DNA of 64,000 bases from Clostridia bacterium. GTDB taxonomy: Bacteria > Bacillota > Clostridia > Monoglobales > Firm-18. The stretch is taken from the NCBI GenBank assembly GCA_045660545.1, contig JAZREA010000005.1, forward strand, positions 5,416 to 69,415. Direction: 5' to 3'. The notes beneath the pieces were generated by a model. The model made no database searches, had not been told where the DNA came from, and was given only the letters and a program-made list of their open reading frames with translations. This document shows, piece by piece, positions 10,841 through 21,910 of the stretch. The position numbers were made by a program, and so were the translations under genes. Each line of letters starts with the position of its first letter. Position 1 is the first letter of the stretch.

Positions 10841-11878
10841 ATGAGTGAAGATTTTGTAACATTACTTGAAGAGTTTGAAAAAGAAAAAGGCATAAGCCGC
10901 GACATTCTTATCGAAGCCCTGGAGACCGCACTTGTTTCTGCTTACAAAAGAAACTACGGAAGCAACCAGGACGTAAAGGTTGAAATCGACAGACAAAACG
11001 GCAGTATGAGAGTGTTTATAAAAAAGATTGTTGTTGCAGTTGTTGAGGATGCCGACACACAGATTTCGCTTGACGAGGCAAAGGAAATCAGCCCTTCTTA
11101 TTCCGAGGGGGATGTGGTTGAAATTGCTACTGCTCCACGTACATTCGGCCGTATTGCGGCACAGACTGCAAGACAGGTTGTTACACAAAGAATCAGGGAA
11201 GCAGAAAGAGGCATGTTCTACAACCAGTTTGCCGACAAGCTAAACGACATTGTTAGCGGTACTGTTCAGAGAGTTGAAAAGAGAAGTGTTATTTTAAGAG
11301 TTGGAAGCGCTGACGCAATGCTTATGCAACAGGAACAGGTGGAGGCAGACAACTATCATCCGGGCCAGCGTCTTAAACTTTACGTTGTAGACGTACAGAG
11401 AACTACAAAGGGTCCACAGGTTATTATTTCGAGAACTCACAGCGGGCTTGTAAGAAAGCTCTTTGAACTTGAAGTTCCTGAAATTGCAACAGGTGTTGTT
11501 GAGATTAAAGGCGTTTCGAGAGAAGCCGGTTCGAGAACGAAGATTGCTGTTTTTGCCGCTGATTCCAACGTCGACCCGATTGGCGCATGCGTAGGTCCTA
11601 AGGGCGCTCGTGTTCAGGCGATTGTTGACGAGCTTATGGGAGAGAAAATAGACATCATCAAGTACAGCGAAGACCCGGCTGAGTATGTTTCGGCTGCACT
11701 TGCTCCGACAACTGTCCTAAAATGCGACGTTAACGAGGCTGAAAAGTGCTGTACCGTTACCGTTAACGCAGACCAGCTTTCGCTCGCTATCGGTAAAGAG
11801 GGACAAAACGTACGCCTTGCAGCTAAGCTTACCGGTTGGAAAATCGACATAGTAAAAGCAGAAGGCGATGATGCTTAA
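10841..11878 (+). CDS. nusA: transcription termination/antitermination factor NusA
   Basis: N-terminus MSEDFVTLLEEFEKEKGISRDILIEALETALVSAYKRNY matches the NusA N-terminal domain. S1 and KH regions follow. The ATG at 10841 is preferred over the track TTG at 10832, which sits only 2 nt from the SD. Confidence 0.95.
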   Translation: MSEDFVTLLEEFEKEKGISRDILIEALETALVSAYKRNYGSNQDVKVEIDRQNGSMRVFIKKIVVAVVEDADTQISLDEAKEISPSYSEGDVVEIATAPRTFGRIAAQTARQVVTQRIREAERGMFYNQFADKLNDIVSGTVQRVEKRSVILRVGSADAMLMQQEQVEADNYHPGQRLKLYVVDVQRTTKGPQVIISRTHSGLVRKLFELEVPEIATGVVEIKGVSREAGSRTKIAVFAADSNVDPIGACVGPKGARVQAIVDELMGEKIDIIKYSEDPAEYVSAALAPTTVLKCDVNEAEKCCTVTVNADQLSLAIGKEGQNVRLAAKLTGWKIDIVKAEGDDA

Positions 11879-12150
11879 TGAAGCACAAAAAGATTTTTGA
11901 AGACGGCAAATATGTTCCGCAGCGTATGTGTGTCGCTTGTCGGTGTGTCAGGCCAAAGGCGGAGCTTATACGGGTTGCCCGTATGGGTGAGGGCGTAAGT
12001 GTTTCTGACGGCGGCGGACGCGGAGCGTATGTTTGCAAAAACAAGGAATGTATCTTAAAGGCCCAGAAAACCGAAGCGTTAAAAAGAGGGCTTGGGACAT
12101 TCGTTTCTTCTGAAATTTATGAGGAGTGTATGAATATTGACGGAAAGTAA
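11878..12150 (+). CDS. ylxR: YlxR/RnpM family (DUF448) RNA-binding protein
   Basis: 90 aa; RMCVACRCVRPKAELIRV motif; canonical position after nusA. Confidence 0.85.
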   Translation: MKHKKIFEDGKYVPQRMCVACRCVRPKAELIRVARMGEGVSVSDGGGRGAYVCKNKECILKAQKTEALKRGLGTFVSSEIYEECMNIDGK

Positions 12151-12472
12151 ATTTTACGGTATGTTGGGGCTTGCACGTCGTTCGGGCAATTTGGCTTTTG
12201 GCACCGACGCTGTACTTAACGCGGTAAGGGGAGGCAAGGCAGAGCTTGTAGTTATATCCTGCGACTGCTCCAAGAACACTGCGAAAAAGCTTGTGGACAA
12301 ATGCAGCTTTTACAAAACAGAGCACATCACTTTCGCCACAAGCGAAAAGCTTGGTAAGGCTACGGGAAACGACAACAGTGTCGCGCTTGCAATTACTGAT
12401 AAAAATTTTGCTGACGCAATTTTAGATATATACAATAATTTAACGGAGGTGGCTGAAAATGGCAGCTGTTAA
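12137..12472 (+). CDS. L7Ae-family RNA-binding protein (YlxQ-like)
   Basis: [13 protein letters not shown]...[14 protein letters not shown] pattern. TTG start lies 10 nt after GAGGAG; an alternative ATG is at 12161. Confidence 0.8.
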   Translation: MTESKFYGMLGLARRSGNLAFGTDAVLNAVRGGKAELVVISCDCSKNTAKKLVDKCSFYKTEHITFATSEKLGKATGNDNSVALAITDKNFADAILDIYNNLTEVAENGSC

Positions 12473-14714
12473 AATTAAAATTAGCGCTGTGGCTAAGGAT
12501 TTAGCCGTTGACAAGAACGAGGTACTTGAGCTTTTGCAGACTTTTGGAAGCAAGGCGAAGAGTGCGCAGAGTTCTATTGAATCTAACGAGCTTGACATAG
12601 TTTTTGAGCATTTTACACAAAAATATCAGGTCGAGGACTTTGGCTTCGAAAAGCTTTTGGAGGCAAAAAAGGAAGAAGAAAAGCCCGCAAAGGAAGAGAA
12701 GAAGGTTGAGGAGACCGAGGCCTTGGAAGATATTGTGGACGACGCTCCTATACAGAAAAAGTCGAGATATGTTGATACGCGTACTGTTAGTGTAGACCTT
12801 GAAAAGTATGACACTGAAAAGATTGAGGAGCTTGTTCCCCAAAACATTGATGAGAGCAAGACCGCTAAAAAGCAGAAAATCAAAAAGAAAACAGGCGGAA
12901 CAATTGAAGGCAAGAACGAAAAGCTTGTAAAAGAGAAAAAGGAAAAGGAAGCTGAGGCAGAAAACGTTGTTGTTTATATGGGCGACGAGATTTCTGTCGG
13001 CGAGTTTGCTGAAAAGCTTGGCAGACCTTCAAACGAAGTTGTTAAGTGCCTTATGATGATTGGTGTTATGGCGTCTGTTAGCCAGAGCATCGATTTTGAC
13101 ACGGCGGCGTTGATTGCAACAGAATTTAACGCTACGGTTGAAAAAGAGGTTATTGTAACGGAAGAAGATGTACTCTTCAACGACGTTGAGGACAGCGAGG
13201 ATTCGTTAGTTCCGCGCCCACCTGTTGTTGTTATTATGGGACACGTTGACCACGGTAAGACAAAGACTCTTGACTACATCAGAAAAACGCACGTTATCGA
13301 CACAGAAGCGGGCGGTATTACTCAGCACATCGGTGCTTACAGAGTGCACATTAAAGACAGAGACATCACGTTTTTGGATACCCCAGGACACGAAGCGTTT
13401 ACCGCTATGCGTATGAGGGGTGCGCAGGTTACTGATATTGCAATACTGGTAGTTGCGGCGGACGACGGTATTATGCCGCAGACTGTTGAGGCTATTAACC
13501 ACGCCAAGGCTGCGAACGTAAGCATAATTGTTGCTATTAACAAAATCGACAAGGAGACTGCAAACCCAGACCTTGTTAAGCAGCAGCTTACAGAACACGG
13601 GCTTGTTCCTGAAGAATGGGGCGGAGATACTATCTGCGTTCCGATTTCAGCTTTGCGCGGCGACAACATAGACACATTGCTTGAAATGGTACTTTTGGTT
13701 GCAGATATGAAGGAGTTAAAAGCTAACCCAGACAGAATGGCAAAGGGTACTGTTATCGAGGCTAAGCTTGATAAGGGCAGAGGTCCTGTTTCGACTGTTT
13801 TGGTACAAAACGGTACGCTAAACGTCGGAGACGTTGTTGTAGCAGGTACTGCAGTTGGTAAGGTCCGTGCTATGATTGACGATATGGGCAGAAGAATTAA
13901 AAAGGCGGGCCCGAGTATGCCTGTTGAGATTTTGGGTCTTAGCGAAGTTCCTGAGGGCGGTGACGCTTTCTACGCTGTTACTGACGAAAGAAAGGCACGC
14001 GAAGTAGTTGAAAAAAGAAGACAGAAAATCAAGGACGAATACAACAAGTCGACACAACAGGTTGTTTCGCTTGATGCTTTGTTTACACAGATTGAACAGG
14101 GACAGATAAAAGACCTTAACATCATCATAAAAGCAGACGTACAAGGCTCTGTTGAGGCTATTAAGCAGTCGCTTGAAAAGCTTACAAACGACGAGGTAAG
14201 AATCAGAATAATTCACGGCGGCGCAGGAACAATAAGTGAGTCGGATGTTATGCTGGCTTCTGCTTCAAACGCGATTATTGTCGGATTTAACGTAAGACCT
14301 GACGCGGCTACTATGGAGTCTGCTGCACGTCAGAACGTTGAAATCAGGCTTTACCGTGTAATTTATCAGGCAATCGAGGAAATTGAAGCCGCTATGAAGG
14401 GTATGCTTGAACCTACATTTAAGGAAAATGTTATTGGTCACGCAGAGATTCGTCAGACATACAAGATTTCCGGTGTCGGAACAATCGGCGGTTGCTACGT
14501 TACTGACGGTAAAATCCAGAGAAACTGCGAAGTGCGTATCGTTCGTGACGGTATTGTTGTTCACGAGGGTACTATGAACTCGTTAAAGAGATTTAAAGAC
14601 GACGCAAAAGAAGTTACAACGGGCTACGAGTGTGGTATTGGCATCGAAAGATTTAACGATATCAAAGAGCGCGACGTTGTAGAATGCTTTGTTATGGAGG
14701 AAATCCCAAGATAA
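12459..14714 (+). CDS. infB: translation initiation factor IF-2
   Basis: 751 aa; [13 protein letters not shown]1 motif, DTPGH, NKID; Lys/Glu-rich N-terminal region. Confidence 0.97.
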   Translation: MAAVKIKISAVAKDLAVDKNEVLELLQTFGSKAKSAQSSIESNELDIVFEHFTQKYQVEDFGFEKLLEAKKEEEKPAKEEKKVEETEALEDIVDDAPIQKKSRYVDTRTVSVDLEKYDTEKIEELVPQNIDESKTAKKQKIKKKTGGTIEGKNEKLVKEKKEKEAEAENVVVYMGDEISVGEFAEKLGRPSNEVVKCLMMIGVMASVSQSIDFDTAALIATEFNATVEKEVIVTEEDVLFNDVEDSEDSLVPRPPVVVIMGHVDHGKTKTLDYIRKTHVIDTEAGGITQHIGAYRVHIKDRDITFLDTPGHEAFTAMRMRGAQVTDIAILVVAADDGIMPQTVEAINHAKAANVSIIVAINKIDKETANPDLVKQQLTEHGLVPEEWGGDTICVPISALRGDNIDTLLEMVLLVADMKELKANPDRMAKGTVIEAKLDKGRGPVSTVLVQNGTLNVGDVVVAGTAVGKVRAMIDDMGRRIKKAGPSMPVEILGLSEVPEGGDAFYAVTDERKAREVVEKRRQKIKDEYNKSTQQVVSLDALFTQIEQGQIKDLNIIIKADVQGSVEAIKQSLEKLTNDEVRIRIIHGGAGTISESDVMLASASNAIIVGFNVRPDAATMESAARQNVEIRLYRVIYQAIEEIEAAMKGMLEPTFKENVIGHAEIRQTYKISGVGTIGGCYVTDGKIQRNCEVRIVRDGIVVHEGTMNSLKRFKDDAKEVTTGYECGIGIERFNDIKERDVVECFVMEEIPR

Positions 14715-14726
14715 AGGGGCGATAAT

Positions 14727-15071
14727 ATGGCAAACAGAATTGACAGAATTAACGAAGAAGCTAAAAAAGAGATTAGCGCCATAATACGAGAGCTTAAAGA
14801 CCCTCGTGTTGTGGGCGGTCTTTGCAGTATTGTTTCGGTTGATGTTACAAAAGACCTTCGTTGGTGCAAGGCGTATGTAAGCGTACTGGGCGACGAAGAA
14901 AAGCAAAAGGCGGCTATAAAGGGGCTTAAAAATGCGGCAGGCTTTGTCAGAAAAGAGCTTGCAGGCAGGCTTGGGCTTAGGTACACGCCTGAAATATTGT
15001 TTGTGCTTGACAACTCAATCGAACACGGCGCACACATTAACAAGCTGCTTAACGATATTAACAACAAGTAA
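14727..15071 (+). CDS. rbfA: ribosome-binding factor A
   Basis: 114 aa; position after infB and RbfA-like KH fold sequence (VSVDVTKDLRWCKAYVS). Confidence 0.9.
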   Translation: MANRIDRINEEAKKEISAIIRELKDPRVVGGLCSIVSVDVTKDLRWCKAYVSVLGDEEKQKAAIKGLKNAAGFVRKELAGRLGLRYTPEILFVLDNSIEHGAHINKLLNDINNK

Positions 15072-15083
15072 GGAGCGGTAAAT

Positions 15084-16049
15084 ATGTTTACTGATATTTG
15101 CAACGCTATTGAAAACAGCGCTAATATTTTGATTTTGCCGCACATCAGCGCCGACGGCGATGCGCTTGGTTCTTCCTTTGCGCTTAAGCTTATGCTGGAA
15201 GAAATGGGCAAGAGGGCAGACGTTGCGCTGGACGCGGCCGATATGGACAACCGCATTCTAAAAATACTGGACGGTACACAACAAAGGAACGAGCCTTTTG
15301 TACCGGACCTTGTTATAGCAGTAGACTGTGCAGACCACAGCAGAATGGGTACAAGAGCAACTGCCTTTGACGGATGCAGACAGACTATTTGCATAGACCA
15401 TCACGGCACTAACAACAGGTACGCAAAGTACAACTTTGTAAACCCTGATGCAGCAGCTACGGGCGAGATAATCTACGAGCTTGCGCAGTTTATGAACATT
15501 GAGCTTACAACCCAGATGGCTAACAACATCTATATCGCAATTGTTTCTGATACCGGTGGCTTTGCGTATTCAAACACAAAGCCGCACACGCACAGTATTG
15601 CGGCACAGCTTTTACAGTTTGGGGTGAACTCTGCATTTATAAACAGTTATCTGTTTGAAATGAACACGAAAAAGAGGATTGAGATTATCAGGCTCGCCTA
15701 CAATTCGCTCGAAACATTCTGTGATGACAGAATTGCGGTGGTTTCGGTAAAAGAATCACAGATTCAAAAAATCGGTGCATCCGAAAGCGACAGCGGAGAT
15801 ATGGTTACTATCCCAAGGTCGTTGGAGGGCGTTGTGATTGCGATGAGCTTTAAGGAAATGGACCCTGAAACAATAAAGGTCAGCCTACGCTCCGAGCTTG
15901 TCAACGTCGCAAAGCTTGCTCAACAGTTTGGCGGCGGTGGCCACGAAAAGGCAGCAGGCTGCACTGTTAAGGGCACGATGGACGAGGTTAAGAAAAAGCT
16001 GATTGCTGAGGCGGAAAGAAGGATTAAACTGGAGGTCAGACTAAGGTAG
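15084..16049 (+). CDS. nrnA: DHH-family phosphoesterase, NrnA-like oligoribonuclease/pAp phosphatase
   Basis: 321 aa; PHISADGDALGS, IDHH, GGGH motifs of DHH/DHHA1. Confidence 0.85.
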   Translation: MFTDICNAIENSANILILPHISADGDALGSSFALKLMLEEMGKRADVALDAADMDNRILKILDGTQQRNEPFVPDLVIAVDCADHSRMGTRATAFDGCRQTICIDHHGTNNRYAKYNFVNPDAAATGEIIYELAQFMNIELTTQMANNIYIAIVSDTGGFAYSNTKPHTHSIAAQLLQFGVNSAFINSYLFEMNTKKRIEIIRLAYNSLETFCDDRIAVVSVKESQIQKIGASESDSGDMVTIPRSLEGVVIAMSFKEMDPETIKVSLRSELVNVAKLAQQFGGGGHEKAAGCTVKGTMDEVKKKLIAEAERRIKLEVRLR

Positions 16050-16052
16050 CTT

Positions 16053-16916
16053 ATGGATGGTGTAATTAATGTTTACAAGCCTAAGGGTATGACTTCGCAC
16101 GATGTTGTAAACCGCATAAGAAAAATAGCAGGCACTAAAAAGGTGGGGCACACGGGAACTCTTGACCCTGACGCAGAGGGCGTTTTGCCTATTTGCATAA
16201 ACAGAGGAACCAAGGCGGCTGATATGCTGACCTTTTCCGACAAGCGGTACACTGCGAAGTTTCAGCTTGGTCTTGTTACTGATACCCTCGATATCGGCGG
16301 AGAGGTGGTAAGGGAATGTGCCGTAGATATCAGTGAGCAGCAGATAAAAGACGCTGCTATTAGCTTTGTCGGTGAAATCGAGCAGATACCGCCAATGTAT
16401 TCTGCTATTAAAATCGGCGGAAAGAAGCTTTGCGACCTGGCGAGAAAGGGCATTGAGGTGGAAAGGAAGCCGAGATGCGTTACTATCTACGAAATATCGG
16501 TGCTTGATATAACAAAAGACACCTTTGAAATTGACGTCTCGTGTTCTAAGGGGACGTACATACGCACCCTAGGATACGATATAGGTGAAAAACTCGGCTG
16601 CGGTGCAACGATGACCGATTTGATAAGAACGCAAAGCTCAATATTTAAGGTGAGTGACTCTGTAAAGTTAGAAGACCTTACGCCCGATAACTACACTGAG
16701 TACGTTACTCCTGTGGACAGCCTCTTTGACTACGAAAAGCTGACATTTAGCGGGGAAACGCTGCGTAAAGTATTAAACGGCAACGCTGTTTTATGGGACG
16801 GTGCAGAGGAGGGAACGATGTACAGAGTTTACGACGACAAAGGTCGGTTTTTGTGCGTTTCGCGTTTTGAGGACGGAATGCTAAGAGTGGAAAAAATGTT
16901 TTACGTTGGTGAATAG
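16053..16916 (+). CDS. truB: tRNA pseudouridine(55) synthase
   Basis: 287 aa; GHTGTLDPDAEGVLPI catalytic Asp motif. Confidence 0.93.
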   Translation: MDGVINVYKPKGMTSHDVVNRIRKIAGTKKVGHTGTLDPDAEGVLPICINRGTKAADMLTFSDKRYTAKFQLGLVTDTLDIGGEVVRECAVDISEQQIKDAAISFVGEIEQIPPMYSAIKIGGKKLCDLARKGIEVERKPRCVTIYEISVLDITKDTFEIDVSCSKGTYIRTLGYDIGEKLGCGATMTDLIRTQSSIFKVSDSVKLEDLTPDNYTEYVTPVDSLFDYEKLTFSGETLRKVLNGNAVLWDGAEEGTMYRVYDDKGRFLCVSRFEDGMLRVEKMFYVGE

Positions 16917-16918
16917 AT

Positions 16919-17836
16919 TTGAAAATTATAAACGAATACTGCGAGTTTCCAATCGGTGCAGCAGTGGCGCTTGGAGCGTTTGACGGCATACACGCCGGGC
17001 ATAAAAAGTTAATAAATAATGCGGTGGAATATGCAAAGGCTAACGGATGTAAGTCTTGTGTGTTCACTTTTGACACCCTGCCATCAGGCGCAAAACAGAT
17101 AAACAGCGAGGCAAAAAGAAACCGGATTTTAGAGGAGATGGGTGTTGACTATTTGTATATTCAGCACTTTGACAATGAATTTAAATCTATTGAAGCCGAT
17201 GACTTTATGGACAGATTTTTGCTGCAAGCAAAATATATAAGCGTTGGATTTAACTACCGCTTTGGCTGCGGCAGAGCGGGAGATGTTGATACATTAGCCG
17301 ATTTTGGAAAAGCTAATGGTATACAGATACACGTTGAGCCGCCCGTTATGTATGACGGCGACACGATTAGCAGCACCAGAATAAGGTCGTGTATAGAAAA
17401 CGCAGAGTTTGACAAAGTCTTTGATATGCTCGGCAGGAGCTATGGCGTTAGCGGTGTAGTACAGCGTGGGCACGAAGTGGGAAGGAAGCTTGGGTTTCCT
17501 ACTGCTAATGTTTTGCCTGACGAGAGGATGGTGCTTCCGAACGACGGCGTGTACGCAACGCTTGTGTTAATTGACGGCGTAAAGTATAAGGCCTTTACAA
17601 ACTGTGGCGCAAGGCCGACGTTTGGAGACGGCAAAAAGCTTTTAGAGACAAACGTGTTTGATTTTGAGGGCGATTTGTACGGAAAGGAAATTGAAATTTT
17701 CTTTTTAAAAAGGCTCAGAGATGTGCGCACTTTTGCTTCTGAAAAGGAACTTGTAGAGCAGATTTTTAAAGATAAAGAAGTGAGTTTGGAATTTTTTTCA
17801 AAAAAAGGTTTACAAACAGAAAGTTTTATAGTATAA
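16919..17836 (+). CDS. ribF: bifunctional riboflavin kinase / FAD synthetase
   Basis: 305 aa, TTG start; GAFDGIHAGH nucleotidyltransferase motif, C-terminal riboflavin kinase (GFPTAN). Confidence 0.92.
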   Translation: MKIINEYCEFPIGAAVALGAFDGIHAGHKKLINNAVEYAKANGCKSCVFTFDTLPSGAKQINSEAKRNRILEEMGVDYLYIQHFDNEFKSIEADDFMDRFLLQAKYISVGFNYRFGCGRAGDVDTLADFGKANGIQIHVEPPVMYDGDTISSTRIRSCIENAEFDKVFDMLGRSYGVSGVVQRGHEVGRKLGFPTANVLPDERMVLPNDGVYATLVLIDGVKYKAFTNCGARPTFGDGKKLLETNVFDFEGDLYGKEIEIFFLKRLRDVRTFASEKELVEQIFKDKEVSLEFFSKKGLQTESFIV

Positions 17837-17924
17837 TAATTAGGCTAACACTGGGTTTGGGGAAAAAGTTCCACTTGCCTCATGCTCGGGTTAAGCATAT
17901 ATAATCTAAGTGGAGGTAAAAATT

Positions 17925-18188
17925 ATGTTGAAAGAAGTAAAAACAGAAATCATTGCAAACAACAAATTGCATGAGACAGACACAGGTTCTCCTGAGGTAC
18001 AGATTGCTATTCTTACTGAGAGAATCAACCACCTTAACGAACATCTTAAAATCTACAAGAAGGACCATCATTCAAGAAGAGGTCTTTTGAAAATGGTTGG
18101 TAAGAGACGTGGTCTTTTGAACTATCTCATGAAAAAGGATATCGAAAGATACAGAGCAATTGTTGCTAAATGTAACTTGAGAAAGTAG
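17925..18188 (+). CDS. rpsO: 30S ribosomal protein S15
   Basis: 87 aa from the ATG at 17925, 7 nt after GGAGG. The track GTG at 17910 lies inside the [24 protein letters not shown]...HHSRRGLL is the S15 signature. Confidence 0.95.
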   Translation: MLKEVKTEIIANNKLHETDTGSPEVQIAILTERINHLNEHLKIYKKDHHSRRGLLKMVGKRRGLLNYLMKKDIERYRAIVAKCNLRK

Positions 18189-18200
18189 TTTGTAAAAAAA

Positions 18201-18236
18201 CGGGTGGTACTTTGTACCACTCGTTTGATTGCTTTT
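18201..18236 (+). terminator. rho-independent terminator after rpsO
   Basis: CGGGTGGTAC(18201-18210)/GTACCACTCG(18214-18223) stem, then a T-rich run. Confidence 0.8.
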
Positions 18237-18239
18237 TAC

Positions 18240-18287
18240 GCGCAAACTTGGGGCGTTGGTTAGCAGTTAATTTTGCGCATCGTTTTT
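18240..18287 (+). promoter_or_regulatory. second hairpin plus T-run in the rpsO-pnp spacer (tandem terminator or pnp leader structure)
   Basis: GCGCAAA(18240-18246)/TTTGCGC(18272-18278) followed by ATCGTTTTT. Confidence 0.4.
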
Positions 18288-18355
18288 GGTACGTAAAATT
18301 AAGTGCTAAATGATGCCTCGAAAAAATATTTATCTAAATTTTAGGAGGTATTAAA

Positions 18356-20440
18356 ATGGCATTTGAAAAATTTGAAACTGCCGTTGCAGGCAGAAAGCTT
18401 GTCGTTGAAACAGGTAAGATGGCTCAACTTTCTAACGGTTCTTGTGTGGTAAGATACGGCGACACTGTTGTTATGACTAACGTTACCGCGTCCGACAAGC
18501 CAAGAGACGGAATCGACTTTTTCCCTCTCAGCGTTGACTACGAGGAAAAGTTGTACTCGGTAGGTAAAATCCCCGGTGGATTTACAAAGCGTGAGGGTAA
18601 GCCTTCGGACAAGGCTGTACTTACAAGCCGTGTTATCGACAGACCTATCAGACCTTTGTTCCCTAAGGATTTGAGAAACGACGTTTCTATCGTTTCTACC
18701 GTACTTAGCGTTGAGCAGGACAACCTTCCGGAGTTTTGTGCTATGATGGGTACAGCTATTGCTATCGCAATTTCTGACATTCCGTTTAACGGTCCTGTTG
18801 CAAGCATTTTTGTTGGTTATGTTGACGGACAGTTTGTTATCAACCCTACTGCTGAACAAAGAGAAGTAAGCCAGATGAACCTTACTGTTTCCGGTACAAG
18901 AAACAAGGTTTGCATGATTGAAGCCGGCGCTAAGGAAGTTCCGGACGACGTTATGTTTGACGCTATTATGCTTGCTCACGAGGAAATCAAAAAGCTTTGT
19001 GATTTTGTTGATGAAATCGCCGATGCAGTTGGTAAAAAAGAAAAGATTAAGTACGAGGCGTTTGACATCAACCACGAACTTTATGACGATGTTGAAGCTT
19101 TCGCACTTGACGATATTAAGCACGCTCTTGACACAGACGACAAGAAGGTGCGCGATGCAAGAATGTTGGTTGTTGAAGAAAAGCTTGCAGAAGAGTTTGC
19201 TGAAAAGTACGAAAACTACGACGCTGAAATCGGCGACGTTTTGTACAAGATGCAAAAGAACGTTGTAAGAAGCTGGTTAAAGGACGAGCACAAGCGTGTT
19301 GACGGAAGAGGAATTGACGATATAAGACCTCTTAGCGCTGAGGTTGGTCTGCTTCCGAGAGTTCACGGAAGCGGTATGTTTACAAGAGGTCAGACACAGG
19401 TTTTGACTGTTGCTACTCTTGGTGCTTTGGGCGATGCACAAAAGCTCGACGGACTTGACGAATCTGAACAGTCTAAGAGATACATCCACCACTACAACTT
19501 TCCTTCGTACAGCGTAGGTGAGACTAAGCCTTCAAGAGGCCCGGGAAGACGTGAGGTAGGTCACGGCGCTTTGGCAGAAAGAGCTTTGGAGCCTGTTATT
19601 CCTAACGAGGAAGAGTTCCCTTATGCTATAAGGCTTGTTTCTGAAGTTTTGTCTTCTAACGGTTCTACATCGCAGGCTTCTGTTTGCGGAAGTACGCTTG
19701 CTCTTATGGACGCAGGTGTGCCGATTAAGGCTCCTGTTGCAGGTATCTCTGTTGGTCTTATCGACGAGGGCGACAGCTTTATGACTATGCTTGACATTCA
19801 GGGTCTTGAAGACTTCCACGGTGACATGGACTTTAAGGTTGCAGGTACTAAGGAAGGTATCACAGCTATTCAGATGGACCTTAAAATAGACGGACTTACT
19901 CCTGAAATAATTAAAGAAGCTTTTGCAAAGACTAAGGCTGCACGTATTAAGATTATTGATGAAGTATTACTTAAAGCTATTGACGCTCCGCGCGCTGAGC
20001 TTTCTGCTTATGCACCAAGAGTTGAGACAATGCAGATTGACACAGACAAGATCAGAGACGTTATAGGTTCCGGCGGAAAGACTATACAGAAGATTATCGC
20101 TGACACAGGCGTTAAGATTGATATAGACGACACAGGCAAGGTACTTATTATGTCCAACAACGCAGCGTCTTTGGCTATGGCTAAGGATATTATCTCAGGC
20201 ATCGTTAAGGAGCCTGAGCCGGGCGAAATTTACACCGGTACTGTTACAAGAATTATGCAGTTTGGTGCTTTTGTTGAAATCTTGCCGGGCAAGGAAGGTC
20301 TTGTTCATATCTCAAAACTTGACCAAAAGAGAGTGGAAAAGGTAGAGGATGTTGTTAACGTTGGTGATGTAATTACCGTTAAGGTTATTGAAATCGACGA
20401 AAAGGGCAGAATTAACCTTTCTAAGAAAGACGCAGAATAA
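18356..20440 (+). CDS. pnp: polyribonucleotide nucleotidyltransferase (PNPase)
   Basis: 694 aa; two RNase PH domains, KH and S1 C-terminal domains ([31 protein letters not shown]). Confidence 0.97.
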   Translation: MAFEKFETAVAGRKLVVETGKMAQLSNGSCVVRYGDTVVMTNVTASDKPRDGIDFFPLSVDYEEKLYSVGKIPGGFTKREGKPSDKAVLTSRVIDRPIRPLFPKDLRNDVSIVSTVLSVEQDNLPEFCAMMGTAIAIAISDIPFNGPVASIFVGYVDGQFVINPTAEQREVSQMNLTVSGTRNKVCMIEAGAKEVPDDVMFDAIMLAHEEIKKLCDFVDEIADAVGKKEKIKYEAFDINHELYDDVEAFALDDIKHALDTDDKKVRDARMLVVEEKLAEEFAEKYENYDAEIGDVLYKMQKNVVRSWLKDEHKRVDGRGIDDIRPLSAEVGLLPRVHGSGMFTRGQTQVLTVATLGALGDAQKLDGLDESEQSKRYIHHYNFPSYSVGETKPSRGPGRREVGHGALAERALEPVIPNEEEFPYAIRLVSEVLSSNGSTSQASVCGSTLALMDAGVPIKAPVAGISVGLIDEGDSFMTMLDIQGLEDFHGDMDFKVAGTKEGITAIQMDLKIDGLTPEIIKEAFAKTKAARIKIIDEVLLKAIDAPRAELSAYAPRVETMQIDTDKIRDVIGSGGKTIQKIIADTGVKIDIDDTGKVLIMSNNAASLAMAKDIISGIVKEPEPGEIYTGTVTRIMQFGAFVEILPGKEGLVHISKLDQKRVEKVEDVVNVGDVITVKVIEIDEKGRINLSKKDAE

Positions 20441-20449
20441 TGTAATTTT

Positions 20450-20480
20450 AAAAATCCGGCTTTAAAAGTCGGATTTTTAT
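20450..20480 (+). terminator. rho-independent terminator after pnp
   Basis: AAAATCCG(20451-20458)/CGGATTTT(20470-20477) hairpin with trailing Ts. Confidence 0.7.
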
Positions 20481-20518
20481 TAATAATTTTATAATAATAA
20501 ATGTAGGAGGTATGGCTT

Positions 20519-21058
20519 ATGAATCCATGGCACGACTTTGAAAAAGAAAGAGTAACTACTGATAAATTTGTAAGTGTAATCGAAATTCCCAAAAGATGCC
20601 ACAAAAAGTATGAGCTGGATAAAAAGTCCGGACTTATACGGCTTGACAGGATTTTGTTTACATCGACTCACTATCCGGAAAACTATGGCTTTATACCGCT
20701 TACGCTTTCTGAGGATGGAGACCCTTTGGACGTTTTGGTTCTCTGTCAGGAAGAACTTGACATTTTAACAATCGTTGACTGCTATCCGATTGGAGTTTTG
20801 AAGATGATAGACGACGACGAAACCGATGAGAAAATTATCGCTATACCATGTACTGACCCTTCGCTTAATATGTATAGAGATATATCTGAGCTTCCTAAGC
20901 ATAACTTTGAAGAGATAAAGCACTTTTTCGAGGTTTACAAGAACCTGGAGAAAAAGGTGACCGTTGTGGAAGAAATCGGCGGTCGCGAAGAGGCGATAGA
21001 GGTTATACAAAAGAGCATAGACGCCTACGACAAAAACGTAAGGAAGTATTTAAAATAA
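20519..21058 (+). CDS. ppa: family I inorganic pyrophosphatase
   Basis: 179 aa; YPENYGFIP, DGDPLDVLVL, MIDDDETDEKIIA motifs. Confidence 0.92.
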   Translation: MNPWHDFEKERVTTDKFVSVIEIPKRCHKKYELDKKSGLIRLDRILFTSTHYPENYGFIPLTLSEDGDPLDVLVLCQEELDILTIVDCYPIGVLKMIDDDETDEKIIAIPCTDPSLNMYRDISELPKHNFEEIKHFFEVYKNLEKKVTVVEEIGGREEAIEVIQKSIDAYDKNVRKYLK

Positions 21059-21059
21059 T

Positions 21060-21866
21060 ATGTTTATAGATTTTCACACACATATTTTCCCTGATAAAAT
21101 TGCACAGAGGGTAATAAGAATATTAAAGGGCAACGCGCAAAAGCAGGGGCACGTTGAGCAAAGGTCCTTTGCTGACGGTACTTTGGGCGGGCTTCGTGCG
21201 TCTATGGAGAGGTGCAAAATAAGCAAAAGTGTTGCGCTTCCGATTGCTACTAAGCCGACGCAGGCGGATAGCATTAATTCCTTTGCGATGGAGGTTAATT
21301 CCCCGGACGTAATTTCGTTTGGAAGTGTTCATCCTATGCAAAGCGACTGGGAAGACGTGATTGATAGGCTTTACGAAAGTGGAATTAAAGGAATAAAGCT
21401 TCATCCGCAATATCAGCAGGTGAGGGTTGACAGTCCTGAGACTATAAGGGTTTTGAAAAAAGCGGAGTCTCTTAAAATGTACACAACCTTGCATGCCGGG
21501 GTGGATATTGGCGTTCCGCCGCCTCTTATGTGCACGCCGAAGATGCTTTCTGACGTGCTCACAGAAGTAAGCGGAGAATACATTATAGCCGCTCATCTGG
21601 GCGGGTTTGATATGTGGGACGAGGTGGAAAAAGAGCTTGTCGGCAAGCCGATTTACTTTGACACCGCGGTTATAAGCTCGTTTATTGAAAAAGAGCAATA
21701 TAAAAGGATTGTGAAAAATCATGGGTCGAAAAAGGTTTTGTTCGCAAGCGACCTGCCTTGGGAGGACCCGTTGGACACGATTAGAGGACTTGATTCTCTC
21801 GGGCTTTCGACAGAGGAATACGAAGATATAGCTTATAAGAACGCTAAAAGGATTTTGGGGATTTGA
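21060..21866 (+). CDS. amidohydrolase-family (TIM-barrel metal-dependent hydrolase) protein
   Basis: 268 aa; MFIDFHTHIFP N-terminal His-x-His, later HLGG and SDLPW motifs. Confidence 0.75.
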   Translation: MFIDFHTHIFPDKIAQRVIRILKGNAQKQGHVEQRSFADGTLGGLRASMERCKISKSVALPIATKPTQADSINSFAMEVNSPDVISFGSVHPMQSDWEDVIDRLYESGIKGIKLHPQYQQVRVDSPETIRVLKKAESLKMYTTLHAGVDIGVPPPLMCTPKMLSDVLTEVSGEYIIAAHLGGFDMWDEVEKELVGKPIYFDTAVISSFIEKEQYKRIVKNHGSKKVLFASDLPWEDPLDTIRGLDSLGLSTEEYEDIAYKNAKRILGI

Positions 21867-21894
21867 ACTTGGGTTTGAATCCCCTTGTTTTTTT
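21857..21894 (+). terminator. rho-independent terminator overlapping the amidohydrolase stop codon
   Basis: GGGGATT(21857-21863)/AATCCCC(21878-21884), then TTGTTTTTTT. Confidence 0.7.
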
Positions 21895-21910
21895 GGGGAA
21901 AGTGTATTAT

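Noticed and set aside
14624-15394. 256-aa minus-strand ORF antisense to infB, rbfA and nrnA
   Set aside because: It fully overlaps three well-supported plus-strand genes, has a low-complexity Ser/Leu-rich translation and has no SD. It is an antisense-frame artefact.
18201-18223. T-box-like GGGTGGTAC motif after rpsO
   Set aside because: The motif is simply the 5' arm of the rpsO terminator stem (GGGTGGTAC/GTACCACTC). It has no specifier loop, no antiterminator/terminator alternative and no downstream aaRS gene.
18341-19255. 304-aa minus-strand ORF antisense to pnp
   Set aside because: It lies entirely inside the PNPase gene on the opposite strand, has biased Asn/Val/Cys-rich composition and contains no recognisable domain.
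21123-21722. 199-aa minus-strand ORF antisense to the amidohydrolase gene
   Set aside because: It is antisense to a CDS with clear motifs, has an Arg-rich low-complexity translation and has no SD.
21866-21890. tRNA T-arm-like GGGTTTGAATCCCC, a possible tRNA fragment or att site at the island border
   Set aside because: The sequence is the loop and 3' arm of the amidohydrolase terminator (GGGGATT...AATCCCC plus a T-tract). No acceptor stem, D arm or anticodon arm can be drawn, and no matching direct repeat was seen at the other island border.
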